Positions 39,039 through 47,633 of a DNA stretch of 64,000 nucleotides are shown in pieces; position 1 is the first letter of the stretch; each line of letters opens with the position of its first letter. The translations under genes and the position numbers were made by a program. Below the pieces are notes generated by a model. It did not search any database. It saw nothing but the letters and a program-made list of their open reading frames with translations, and was not told the origin of the DNA. Source of the DNA: Candidatus Aenigmatarchaeota archaeon (lineage in GTDB: Archaea; Aenigmatarchaeota; Aenigmatarchaeia; QMZP01; QMZT01); contig JAFGDH010000019.1 in assembly GCA_016932215.1 (NCBI GenBank), positions 1,817 through 65,816 of the forward strand. The letters run 5' to 3'.

Positions 39039-40826
39039 CTAAACGTCTTCCCAGACGAAGTCCTGCCATCTTCTGTCGATTATCTTTTGAAGGTGGAATT
39101 CCTTGAGCATTTTATAAACGTCATTTCTTGTCAAATAAAATACGCCGGGGTTTTTCTCCATACTATTCAGTTCACTGATTGTTTTCTCATCGCCGAATTT
39201 TTCGATGTATTCCCTCCCTGAAATTAATTTATCCATTTTTCTATGTGTCACTGGATCGAAACCCATTTTCATGGACTGACTTATTTCGTCAGAAAAAAAC
39301 AAGCCACCCTCATAACTCATCCCTATCATATTCAGCCCAATCCCGTACCGATTTTCTATCAGCTCAGCTTCCTCTCTCAGACGCAATTGATTAATCACCT
39401 TATCTATCTTGGACGGGTCTTCTGCCCCGACAATCAGAACTCGGCGCCCGTCGGGAAATATGCGAGGCTCGGTCCCCGGTCTTTGGAAATTCGAGGTATC
39501 TTTTACGACTTTCGTATAAAACTCTCTTGCTTTTGCAAGATACCGGAAAACTCTTTCCGGAATGGCTTTGTGTATCCTGTAATATACTTCCAGAAGGTTG
39601 GCTGAGGTTCCGCTCGAATACCTGAACTGTGAATCCATTCCCCGGTCCAAAAAGCCCTTCCTCACGGCCTCCCTGAATTTCTGCACGTCTTCATTTTCAA
39701 AATTACGCCAGAAACCTATCCCCGTGCCCTTTTCAAGATATTTCATGAAATCGTCAATATCCTCGTCGAAACATCTTAGTATTGTGGGCAATATTCTTGT
39801 TGAAATGGCATGCCTCCAGAACCTGTTGGATGTTACATGACCGGACGGCAATACTATGTTATCGTCTTCTGAAATCCTGTAATCGAAATCCTCAACGAAC
39901 GAACATATCATGCTTTCTAACATTTCATCGTATTCCATGACATCCTTGTAGCTCTTTAGCAGTTCCAGCATGTTTTTCATTTCCCCCGACACGATACCTT
40001 CCCCCAAAAATTCGTTCGTCTTTTTAACGTGTTCCATCTGATGCCTTTTCAGTATCTTTTGTATTTCCGTGACTCTTGCGGTTGCATGGGTTTCGTTTCT
40101 GTCGCTCATGAAATGCTGAAACACTATCGCATATTCCGGGCTCAGTGATATGTGCGGTTCCTCTTTTGGCTGGTTTTCGAAGGTGCGGGTGGTTCCCCTG
40201 CAGTCATTAAGATAACGCATTATTCCGCGCCTGATATTCACATAGAGCTGGTAATTGAAATACATGCTTTTCGGGTCGTCTTCATATTCCCTGAAGTCAT
40301 TGAACTCCGGGTTTATTTCTCTTCCGAGAACATTGAATATTTCCCAGTCCCTGGGAGCGAGGGTTTCTCCTCTCAGCCAGTTTTCAACAGTGCTTACGTG
40401 CCTCTTTTTACCGTTCCTTTCAAGCGCATTAACTACCCATTCGGCCATCATCTCATAGTCTTCTTTAGCGAAATCATCAGTTTCATAGAGCGCCCTAGAA
40501 TCAATATCAGAATCGTCTATCACACCTTTTTCCGATAATCCCTTCAGAAGCAGGGTCCTTAATCTCGGAATGAAATCTCCCCTTGAATTCTGTTCGTGTA
40601 TCATCTCTTTTGAAAAGTGATATCTGGGGCTTTTGTCAAGATGTGGCTCAACATCCTCAAGATCCGTCTTTGCATAAGGCTTCTGGAATAAGACCATATC
40701 CCCGACATTGACATCGGCTACTTTCTTCTTAAGATAACTTGAAGGGGATACCTGAACATACACGTCTCCGGTTGGATCCAGAAATGAATCTCCCATTGTT
40801 GTTGATATCAAATATTTAGCTACCAT
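39039..40826 (-). CDS. large hypothetical protein, 595 aa
   Basis: Long ORF, no Walker or DDE motifs. 67-nt gap to the upstream rSAM gene. Confidence 0.55.
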   Translation of the reverse strand: MVAKYLISTTMGDSFLDPTGDVYVQVSPSSYLKKKVADVNVGDMVLFQKPYAKTDLEDVEPHLDKSPRYHFSKEMIHEQNSRGDFIPRLRTLLLKGLSEKGVIDDSDIDSRALYETDDFAKEDYEMMAEWVVNALERNGKKRHVSTVENWLRGETLAPRDWEIFNVLGREINPEFNDFREYEDDPKSMYFNYQLYVNIRRGIMRYLNDCRGTTRTFENQPKEEPHISLSPEYAIVFQHFMSDRNETHATARVTEIQKILKRHQMEHVKKTNEFLGEGIVSGEMKNMLELLKSYKDVMEYDEMLESMICSFVEDFDYRISEDDNIVLPSGHVTSNRFWRHAISTRILPTILRCFDEDIDDFMKYLEKGTGIGFWRNFENEDVQKFREAVRKGFLDRGMDSQFRYSSGTSANLLEVYYRIHKAIPERVFRYLAKAREFYTKVVKDTSNFQRPGTEPRIFPDGRRVLIVGAEDPSKIDKVINQLRLREEAELIENRYGIGLNMIGMSYEGGLFFSDEISQSMKMGFDPVTHRKMDKLISGREYIEKFGDEKTISELNSMEKNPGVFYLTRNDVYKMLKEFHLQKIIDRRWQDFVWEDV

Positions 40827-40892
40827 AATATAGTAAAAACAGTTAATTTTTTATATTAATTTATTAATGTTTCAGGCATATCAACCAAAAGA

Positions 40893-42038
40893 TTACCCAT
40901 CTGCAGACTTGTAAGCTCCCGTCCTCTTGGCTATCTCATTAACTTCCTTAGGATGGGAGAACAATGCACATGGGGTCCCCTCGTTTTCCAGAAGATGTTC
41001 GCTTTCGCGGATTTCCCTGAAGAGCTTGCTGGAGAAGGCTTCCCTGATTGTTGATTTCAGGAGGTTGTGGGTGGCGATGTTGGAGACCGGGCAGGGTGTC
41101 AGATCGCCGGTCGGGGTGACGTGAGCGAAGCCCTTGCCTGCCGAGACGCATCCTCCAAAGTATTCTTCGTCCCCTGGCGAGTGAATGAGGTAGATCTTCT
41201 TGGTTTCCCTGATCCTGAGGACGAAATCCCTGAACTCTTTCCTTTCCTCACTGGTGAGCATGAGCCTGTGATCATTGCCCCTCTGGGTGACCGGGATGTA
41301 TTCGATGAGGGCAGCGATCTTTATTCCCTTCGCTATGAGGGAATCGATGAGCTTTTCGTCCATCCAGTGGCGGAAGTTGTTCTTGGTTATTGTTGCGGAT
41401 ATTCCTGTTGGAATGCCTGCCTTTATTAGGGCCTGGATGGTCTTTTGTGCCTTTTCGTGGACACCATCGCCTCGTCTCTGGTCGGTCATTTCCTTCGTTC
41501 CTTCCATGCTGACCAGTACACACGTGTTTTTGCAGGATTTGAGTGTATTGATCTCTTTTTCCTGGATTGCTGTGCCATTGGTTAGTATTATGAACAGTCG
41601 GTCGGAGAAGTCTTTGCATATATGGGAGAGGTTGTCTGTAAGGAATGGCTCCCCTCCTGCTATTACGAAGCCAAAAACCCCTGCTTCCGATGACTTTTTG
41701 ATTATTTCTTTCCACTTGCTGCGGGATAGTTGTTTTTTCTCCTTTTTGGAGACGGTTCCTGCCGCCGAGGCATAGCAGCCCGCGCAGGCTAGGTTGCACA
41801 TGGAGGTTATGCTAAGAATCAGGAACGGGGGTATCTTGATCCCTTCCTTCTTTAGCCTGTCCCTGGTTTCGCTGGCCTTTTTGCAGGACTTCATCAATCC
41901 GAGGAAGGAACGGAAGTGGCCTGGATGAGCGACTGCCCATTTGAAGAAGACTTTCGTGAGGTTAGGATCGAGAGTGTTAAGGTATTTTCGGAAGGAGATG
42001 ACCCTTTTCAGAAGGCAGAAGTCTGAGATTTTCGCCAT
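40893..42038 (-). CDS. radical SAM protein with C-terminal SPASM/twitch-like Cys cluster
   Basis: CNLACAGC (CX3CX2C) at about residue 80, G-rich VIAGGEPF, and C-terminal GGC...C.....C cluster. Confidence 0.75.
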   Translation of the reverse strand: MAKISDFCLLKRVISFRKYLNTLDPNLTKVFFKWAVAHPGHFRSFLGLMKSCKKASETRDRLKKEGIKIPPFLILSITSMCNLACAGCYASAAGTVSKKEKKQLSRSKWKEIIKKSSEAGVFGFVIAGGEPFLTDNLSHICKDFSDRLFIILTNGTAIQEKEINTLKSCKNTCVLVSMEGTKEMTDQRRGDGVHEKAQKTIQALIKAGIPTGISATITKNNFRHWMDEKLIDSLIAKGIKIAALIEYIPVTQRGNDHRLMLTSEERKEFRDFVLRIRETKKIYLIHSPGDEEYFGGCVSAGKGFAHVTPTGDLTPCPVSNIATHNLLKSTIREAFSSKLFREIRESEHLLENEGTPCALFSHPKEVNEIAKRTGAYKSADG

Positions 42039-42124
42039 TTGAATAATGTGGATGTGATAATTTAAACGGTTTCCTTCGTTTGGCTCAGTTATGTCTTAAA
42101 AATAATAAACGATAATAACTGGAT

Positions 42125-42298
42125 ATGGATAACCCTGAGATCAGCTTCAGGAGTAAACTGCTAAAATACGGGGAAATTGTGATTCTGGGGGCAGCCATAG
42201 GAACTGGTCTGTTCCTTACGTGCAGGCAGGGTTATAGTCTGGCAAAAGGATATCTGACAGAGATCGAACGGTCGGTAGAAAATATGTACAGACCATAG
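42125..42298 (+). CDS. 57-aa ORF with one TM segment (not in ORF track)
   Basis: MDNPEISFRSKLLKYGEIVILGAAIGTGLFLTCRQGY... in the rSAM / DUF1704 intergenic region. Confidence 0.25.
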   Translation: MDNPEISFRSKLLKYGEIVILGAAIGTGLFLTCRQGYSLAKGYLTEIERSVENMYRP

Positions 42299-42323
42299 TC
42301 AAAATCACGTTTATAAAGAATAA

Positions 42324-42341
42324 TTAACTACTTTTAAGTGG
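42324..42341. promoter_or_regulatory. shared motif TTAACTACTTTTAAGTGG (site 3 of 3), between TATA-like gtttataaag and the ATG
   Basis: Seen directly. 7 nt upstream of the 42348 start, an operator-like position. Confidence 0.5.
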
Positions 42342-42347
42342 ATATTT

Positions 42348-43493
42348 ATGTCTGATAATTCCGATCTCGTTCGCCTGCAGGGTTTCGACCGGCAGATAGG
42401 GGAAATAGAGATGTGCGTGGGCGATCTTTTTACCCATCTGGACAGCACGGTTTCCGGCGAAAAGAAGGGGAATCCGCAGTATTCTTACGACAGGCCCGGT
42501 TACATAAGCAACTACGTGCACAGGCTCGTCGACATGGAAGGGCAGTTCGAAAGCGAAAGTCCCCTCGGCAAGATACTGGAAGGCAGGAGAAAGGCATCCA
42601 TACAGAAGCTCGTTGCGATATCGAGGATAGGGACGTCCGATTTCACCGGAGCCGCGGAGAGATACTACCGGAACGCTGTCCCTAGCAAGGAAGACGTGAT
42701 GACCGCCGTCGAGGTCATCGGAAGGACGGAATCGTCGGTCGACTGTGATACATTATGCGTTAACGCGGAAGGCCTCGGGGAGAGGATGACGGAGTATCTG
42801 GCCAGGAAGGGCGTTTCCGGGAAAAGGCTGTGGAAGGTCACGGTAGAGTCCCCCGGCCCCATGGAAAGGATGCCCGCACTTTCCCTCAACAAAACAACGA
42901 AGACCGTTAGGATAAGGGACGATTACGTGAAGCCGGAAAGGAAGGCGGAGACGTCCGTCCTCCACGAGGGCTCCCACATAATGCAGTGGGAGAACGGCCT
43001 GAGGCAGCCGCTTCCCAACACCTTTTACCACGGGACGGACGGAAGGTCCGTCGCTACGCAGGAGGGCCTGGCGAGCATAATAACGGAAAAGGAGGGATTC
43101 CCCGGCAACATGAGGAAATACGCCGCCTACGTCATAGCGGTCGATTCCGCTCTCAAAGGAGCGACATACATGGACATATTCCAGTCCATGCAGAAGGATT
43201 ACAGGTTCTCCGAGAAGGACGCGAAGGAGATCGCCCACAGGGTGAAAAGGGGGCTTTCCGACACCTCCCAGCCAGGGGGCTTCGTCAAGGATGCGGTCTA
43301 CATGCTCGGAAGGTGGAGGATACATGATCACGTCGGAAGGCACGGCGAAAGCAACGAACAGGAAACTTTGAAGGATTTCTATATCGGAAATGTCGCCGTG
43401 GAGGACATGGATTCCGCCTATAAATGGCTCCTGAGGGACGGGATCATCAGGCCGGCCGGGTATCTGCCGGACTGCCTGGAAAAGAAGGACTGA
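42348..43493 (+). CDS. DUF1704 / QEGLA-motif (MATCAP-like) putative zinc metallocarboxypeptidase
   Basis: HEGSH (HExxH) followed by the family-defining QEGLA motif (SVATQEGLASIITE). Confidence 0.65.
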   Translation: MSDNSDLVRLQGFDRQIGEIEMCVGDLFTHLDSTVSGEKKGNPQYSYDRPGYISNYVHRLVDMEGQFESESPLGKILEGRRKASIQKLVAISRIGTSDFTGAAERYYRNAVPSKEDVMTAVEVIGRTESSVDCDTLCVNAEGLGERMTEYLARKGVSGKRLWKVTVESPGPMERMPALSLNKTTKTVRIRDDYVKPERKAETSVLHEGSHIMQWENGLRQPLPNTFYHGTDGRSVATQEGLASIITEKEGFPGNMRKYAAYVIAVDSALKGATYMDIFQSMQKDYRFSEKDAKEIAHRVKRGLSDTSQPGGFVKDAVYMLGRWRIHDHVGRHGESNEQETLKDFYIGNVAVEDMDSAYKWLLRDGIIRPAGYLPDCLEKKD

Positions 43494-43533
43494 CCGGAAA
43501 ACTATTTCTTAAGGGAAGCCCAATATTATTAAT

Positions 43534-44142
43534 ATGTTCTATGCGAACAGGAGCAGGTTCAAGAAACTGAGCATAAAGACCGGGATATTCTTCGCGAGGT
43601 TCCATCTCTCGCCGAACCAGTGGACCTTCGTCACCCTCATCCCCGTCGCGGTCACCATGCTCTGCATACTGTACCAGAGCTTCCTCCTGGCGGCCGTTTT
43701 CCTTATAATAACGGCATTCATTGACATGATAGACGGCGCCGTGGCCAGGATACTGGGAGAGGTGAGCAGGCTCGGGGCCTACCTGGACACGGTGATGGAC
43801 CGCTACGTGGAGTTCCTGATCATCGCCGCTCTCATTTTCGCCGGGCTTCCGGACTTCTACCTCCCGGTCACCTTATGGCTGTTCCTGTACCTCTTCGGGG
43901 CGATGATGACCACCTACGCCAAGGCAGCGGCCAAGGAGAAGGACATAGTCATGAACGAGGAGCTTAAGGGCGGGCTGATGGAGAGGGCGGAAAGGCTCAT
44001 AATACTCTTCGCGGGCCTCCTACTCGCGGGCCTGGACAGCGTCATGTTCCTGTCCTACGCCATAGTCATTCTCGCGGTCGGGAGCAATTTCACAGCCTTC
44101 CAGAGGATGTGGAAGGCGGTCAGGAAGGTCAGGGCGTTCTGA
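43534..44142 (+). CDS. CDP-alcohol phosphatidyltransferase (archaetidylinositol-phosphate / phosphatidylinositol-phosphate synthase-like)
   Basis: DG..AR.{8}G...D...D present as DMIDGAVARILGEVSRLGAYLDTVMD. 202 aa, 6 TM. Confidence 0.8.
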   Translation: MFYANRSRFKKLSIKTGIFFARFHLSPNQWTFVTLIPVAVTMLCILYQSFLLAAVFLIITAFIDMIDGAVARILGEVSRLGAYLDTVMDRYVEFLIIAALIFAGLPDFYLPVTLWLFLYLFGAMMTTYAKAAAKEKDIVMNEELKGGLMERAERLIILFAGLLLAGLDSVMFLSYAIVILAVGSNFTAFQRMWKAVRKVRAF

Positions 44143-44169
44143 ACCTGGTACTGCTCGATTTTTTAAAAT

Positions 44170-44805
44170 TTGTTGCCAATTCAATTAATGGCGGATTACA
44201 GGAAGATAAACGGGTATTTCAAGAGGGCGGAGGACGTGCTTCTCGCCTCGGCTGGGCTCATTCTGGCCGTCCCGGCGTTCGTCATAGTGCCTATTCTTTC
44301 GAAAATCGAAAATCCCCGCGGGAAGGTCTATTTTAAGCACAAAAGGGTCGGTAACAGGGGGGAATTTTACGCGCTCAAGTTCAGGACAATGGACGAAGCA
44401 GAAGGCAACGACCAGTACTGGGAAAACGACAGCGACATGTACGTTTTCACGGACAGGACCAGGATAACGAAGCTGGGGAGATTCCTGAGGAAATACAGCA
44501 TAGATGAGCTTCCCCAGTTCATAAACATCATCAGGGGGGAAATGTCGTTCGTCGGGCCCAGGCCGGTCACCCCGAAGGAGAAGGAAAGGATGACCGGGGC
44601 CGGATACGGAAAACGCTTCGAATGCCCGCAGGGACTGACGGGGCTCGCCCAGACTGATCCCAGATGGAAAGTAAAGAGCGACCTCACCCTGTCGCTGGAT
44701 ATCGAATACGTCAACAGGTATGAGAACGGTTTCATCGGGCCGGCCGACGCGGGGATAGTTTTCGATACCCTGATGAGCCTGACGGAAGGCGTGGGCAAAA
44801 GCTGA
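44170..44805 (+). CDS. PglC/WbaP-type polyprenyl-phosphate sugar-phosphotransferase (bacterial sugar transferase family)
   Basis: DELPQFINIIRGEMSFVGPRP signature. Single N-terminal re-entrant helix. Confidence 0.8.
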   Translation: MLPIQLMADYRKINGYFKRAEDVLLASAGLILAVPAFVIVPILSKIENPRGKVYFKHKRVGNRGEFYALKFRTMDEAEGNDQYWENDSDMYVFTDRTRITKLGRFLRKYSIDELPQFINIIRGEMSFVGPRPVTPKEKERMTGAGYGKRFECPQGLTGLAQTDPRWKVKSDLTLSLDIEYVNRYENGFIGPADAGIVFDTLMSLTEGVGKS

Positions 44806-44966
44806 AAACAGCTAAAAATCTTTTTTTAGGCACCCTTTAAATAGGTTCGCGGCCAATTAAAGGTTCAACGTGATCCTTCGGTGATTGTGTACGAAATGTG
44901 AAATAGCGATATATTGCCCGCAATGAATCAGCATATTGGAGGATCAAGAGGTAAAGGTGATTTGAT

Positions 44967-45215
44967 ATGTCAACAGAAATAACTGAAAGAGACAGAACGC
45001 ATGGAGTAAGCCTGAACAGGGGAATATATCTGTTCTGCAAGACCGTGGAAGGCGACGGCGCCCATAAAGAAGGATCAGAGACATATGCATGCCGGCCCGG
45101 CTGCAGCTTTTATCCTGACGTTTGCGGAGGAACGAGATTAAAGGATCTCAACGGCAGGACAGATGAAGTAAAAAGGCTGATAGAGAACTCCATCGGACTA
45201 ACCGTGAACATCTAG
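44967..45215 (+). CDS. small hypothetical protein (82 aa)
   Basis: ORF only. Confidence 0.3.
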   Translation: MSTEITERDRTHGVSLNRGIYLFCKTVEGDGAHKEGSETYACRPGCSFYPDVCGGTRLKDLNGRTDEVKRLIENSIGLTVNI

Positions 45216-45958
45216 ATTTTTCTTATTTTCCCGGGCGTGGGCTCGTAACAGATTCCCTCGCTCAGGAGCTCGTTTATAACCGACTCTATCTCGGTTTCCT
45301 TGGCCTTGACCTTTCCCATCAGCGCGGAATAGACTATCCCGTCCTTTCCGGCCTCTATCACCTTGAGTATCTCCTTCCTCAGGCTGTTCTTGTCGGCCTC
45401 CGGCGTCCCTCCGGCGGAAGTCGCGGACTTGCTCTTGGTATTGAGGAAAATGTCTATCCAGCAGGCTTCTATTCCTTGGTCTGTCAGGAATTTCTTAAGC
45501 TCCTCTGAATTCGAATATTTGGAGCGGTTCTGCTCGACCATCTCCTTCGCCCTTTTGAGGCCCCTTATTTTTTTGATGATCTCCAGCCTCCTGAGGAGCT
45601 CCGCGTTCGGGTCGTCGACCTTCCTGATGGACTCGGGGATCATGTATATCTCCCCGGTGTATTCCCTCACCTTCCCGACAACGTCTATCATGTCTCCGGG
45701 CCGGAGCTTCTCCAGTATCTTTATCTCCTTGAAGGCCTTCACCCTGACCGTGTCAGAGCCGTCGTCTACCGTGACGGAAGAATAGTTGCCGTCCTCGGAA
45801 TCGAACCTCGCGACGACCGTCCCCAGGATCCGCGCCCGGGAGATGTTCTCGCCGAGAGCGGTGGTGACGAAGCTGGGCTCCATCCCTTCCTTCTTCACCC
45901 AGCTGCCTTTCATCAGATGGCTCAATGCCGTTTTCTTTGCCGTCTGTCTCGCGATCAT
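45212..45958 (-). CDS. OB-fold nucleic-acid-binding protein with C-terminal winged helix (RPA32-like architecture)
   Basis: ARILGTVV..YSSVTVDDGSDTVRVKAF..GDMIDVVGKVREYTGEIYMIPESI fits an RPA-type OB fold. C-terminal LRKEILKVIEAGKDGIVYSAL is wH-like. Start ambiguous (45958, 45913 or 45883). Confidence 0.45.
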   Translation of the reverse strand: MIARQTAKKTALSHLMKGSWVKKEGMEPSFVTTALGENISRARILGTVVARFDSEDGNYSSVTVDDGSDTVRVKAFKEIKILEKLRPGDMIDVVGKVREYTGEIYMIPESIRKVDDPNAELLRRLEIIKKIRGLKRAKEMVEQNRSKYSNSEELKKFLTDQGIEACWIDIFLNTKSKSATSAGGTPEADKNSLRKEILKVIEAGKDGIVYSALMGKVKAKETEIESVINELLSEGICYEPTPGKIRKI

Positions 45959-46066
45959 CCAAAAACACCTTTGAATAAAATTAATATCTAAATTATTTAA
46001 AAGCAGAGTGAAACCAGATTTCGAAAGACAACTTGAATCAATGCACATAAGTTGTCATACGCTGGT

Positions 46067-46675
46067 TCAGAGTGTCTGTGCGAGCGTCTCCATGCTGAAC
46101 TTCGTCCCTGAACACCCGTTCTTCACGAGAGGGACGGCCTGGGAAGGGTATCCGATCGGTTCGAGCATGCTGTTTGCCAGCTTGATCTCCTCGGTGCAGG
46201 CGACCCCCACCACGCCGTCATGCATGGTCAGGATATTCTTTACGCATGATCCCCCGGGAAGGACGTAGACCTTGTAGCCCTTCTTCTTGGCCAGCTTCGT
46301 TGCCTGGTTGACCAGGCAGTCAGGGGAGCAGTGCATGCACTCGTATGAAGATGTTTTGGTGTTGAACTTCGCCTTGCAACGGCTATCCATGTATTTTCTT
46401 GAACAATGGGGAAGGAGAAGGGCACGCTTCTTCGTCTTGAGGAACTTCTCCCTGTTCGTTATGTTCTTGACCGAGGAGTCTATGAAATCTTCTATGACCG
46501 TGAAGGCGTCCGATATGGGGAGGCCCGTTAGCTCGTGTATCTTGAACTTCTTAACTATCTCCCTCGCGCTCTGGCCTATCTTCCTGTGTATCCCCTTCCT
46601 TTCCGAGAACCTGGCGATGTCCCTGAAAAAGGTCTGTGAAATCTGCGAAAGGTCAAAGGTGAATTTGTACGCCAT
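46067..46675 (-). CDS. cysteine-rich protein, DUF116-like
   Basis: LLLPHCSRK...C..C..C pattern with 7 Cys. 202 aa. Confidence 0.4.
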   Translation of the reverse strand: MAYKFTFDLSQISQTFFRDIARFSERKGIHRKIGQSAREIVKKFKIHELTGLPISDAFTVIEDFIDSSVKNITNREKFLKTKKRALLLPHCSRKYMDSRCKAKFNTKTSSYECMHCSPDCLVNQATKLAKKKGYKVYVLPGGSCVKNILTMHDGVVGVACTEEIKLANSMLEPIGYPSQAVPLVKNGCSGTKFSMETLAQTL

Positions 46676-46768
46676 ATCAATACTAATTTAGAATTGGGCG
46701 AAATCATATAAAAGCATGGGTTCGGAAAGGGCCTGTTTTTGTTATAAATTATAGGAAAAGACCATGAC

Positions 46769-47023
46769 TCATAAATTCTTCCATCTCTCTTCCCCGTCTA
46801 CTATTTCGACGTCTTTCTCGCTTAATCCGTATCGTTTTATCGCCTTCAGGACATTCCCCCTGGCCTGAGAGAAAGTCTCGCGTCTGGGTTTAAATAAACT
46901 TTCACTTACGTCACCAATGAAAGGAGGAAGAGCCTCGACACCTGATTCGTCGCCTTGGATAGAGCATTCAGTATAAAAATCAAGCCCGTCCTTGCTTAAC
47001 GTTATTTTCGGTTTGTAAGACAT
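46769..47023 (-). CDS. small hypothetical protein (84 aa)
   Basis: ORF only. Confidence 0.35.
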   Translation of the reverse strand: MSYKPKITLSKDGLDFYTECSIQGDESGVEALPPFIGDVSESLFKPRRETFSQARGNVLKAIKRYGLSEKDVEIVDGEERWKNL

Positions 47024-47099
47024 ATGAATTGATTAAAAGTAAATCTTAAAAGCTCGTCCTGTCGCATGATTTATTATAAATTATAGGATAATATTCATT

Positions 47100-47627
47100 A
47101 TGGCGAAAAACCCGGGGGTTTTCGAGAGGTTCCCCGCCAGCACGGTCCTTATCTTCAACCTGGTCAATCTATCGGTGTTCGCCTGCGGTATATACCTCCT
47201 TTACCTGATATGGCCGGTTCTTGCGGTTCTTTTCGCGGTATACATAGCTGCAATGGAATCCATGGTCTACAGGGAAGGCTGCAGGAACTGCTGGTATTAC
47301 GGGAAGAGGTGCATGTCCGGACGAGGGTGTCTGGCAAAGATGTTCATGAAGAAGGGCGATCCGAAAAAGTTCAGCGAGAAGGATGTGAGCGCGAAAGCCT
47401 TCATCCCGAGCTCCCTCATAAGCGTGGTCCCCGTGATAGCCGGCATATACCTTTTCCTGCAGGGATTCGATTTCGTGCTCCTGGGGATAGGCGTATGGCC
47501 GATAATAGTGATGTTCCTGGGGAACCCGGTGATATACGGGGAATTATCCTGTCCCCACTGCAAGCAGTCGGAACTGGGCTGCCCCGTGAGCGAGTTCTTC
47601 ATGAAGAAGGCGAAAAAGAAGAAATGA
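47100..47627 (+). CDS. membrane protein with two Cys clusters
   Basis: TM helices plus GCRNCWYYGKRC and SCPHCKQSELGCP. Confidence 0.45.
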   Translation: MAKNPGVFERFPASTVLIFNLVNLSVFACGIYLLYLIWPVLAVLFAVYIAAMESMVYREGCRNCWYYGKRCMSGRGCLAKMFMKKGDPKKFSEKDVSAKAFIPSSLISVVPVIAGIYLFLQGFDFVLLGIGVWPIIVMFLGNPVIYGELSCPHCKQSELGCPVSEFFMKKAKKKK

Positions 47628-47633
47628 CCATTC

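Noticed and set aside
37002-40826. Possibility that the PD-(D/E)XK protein is a TnsA-like endonuclease of a Tn7-type element
   Set aside because: The YTPDFFIP...IEVK core resembles TnsA, but no DDE transposase (TnsB), no AAA+ TnsC (no Walker A in the 595-aa or 287-aa proteins) and no terminal repeats were seen. Kept as a generic PD-(D/E)XK call.
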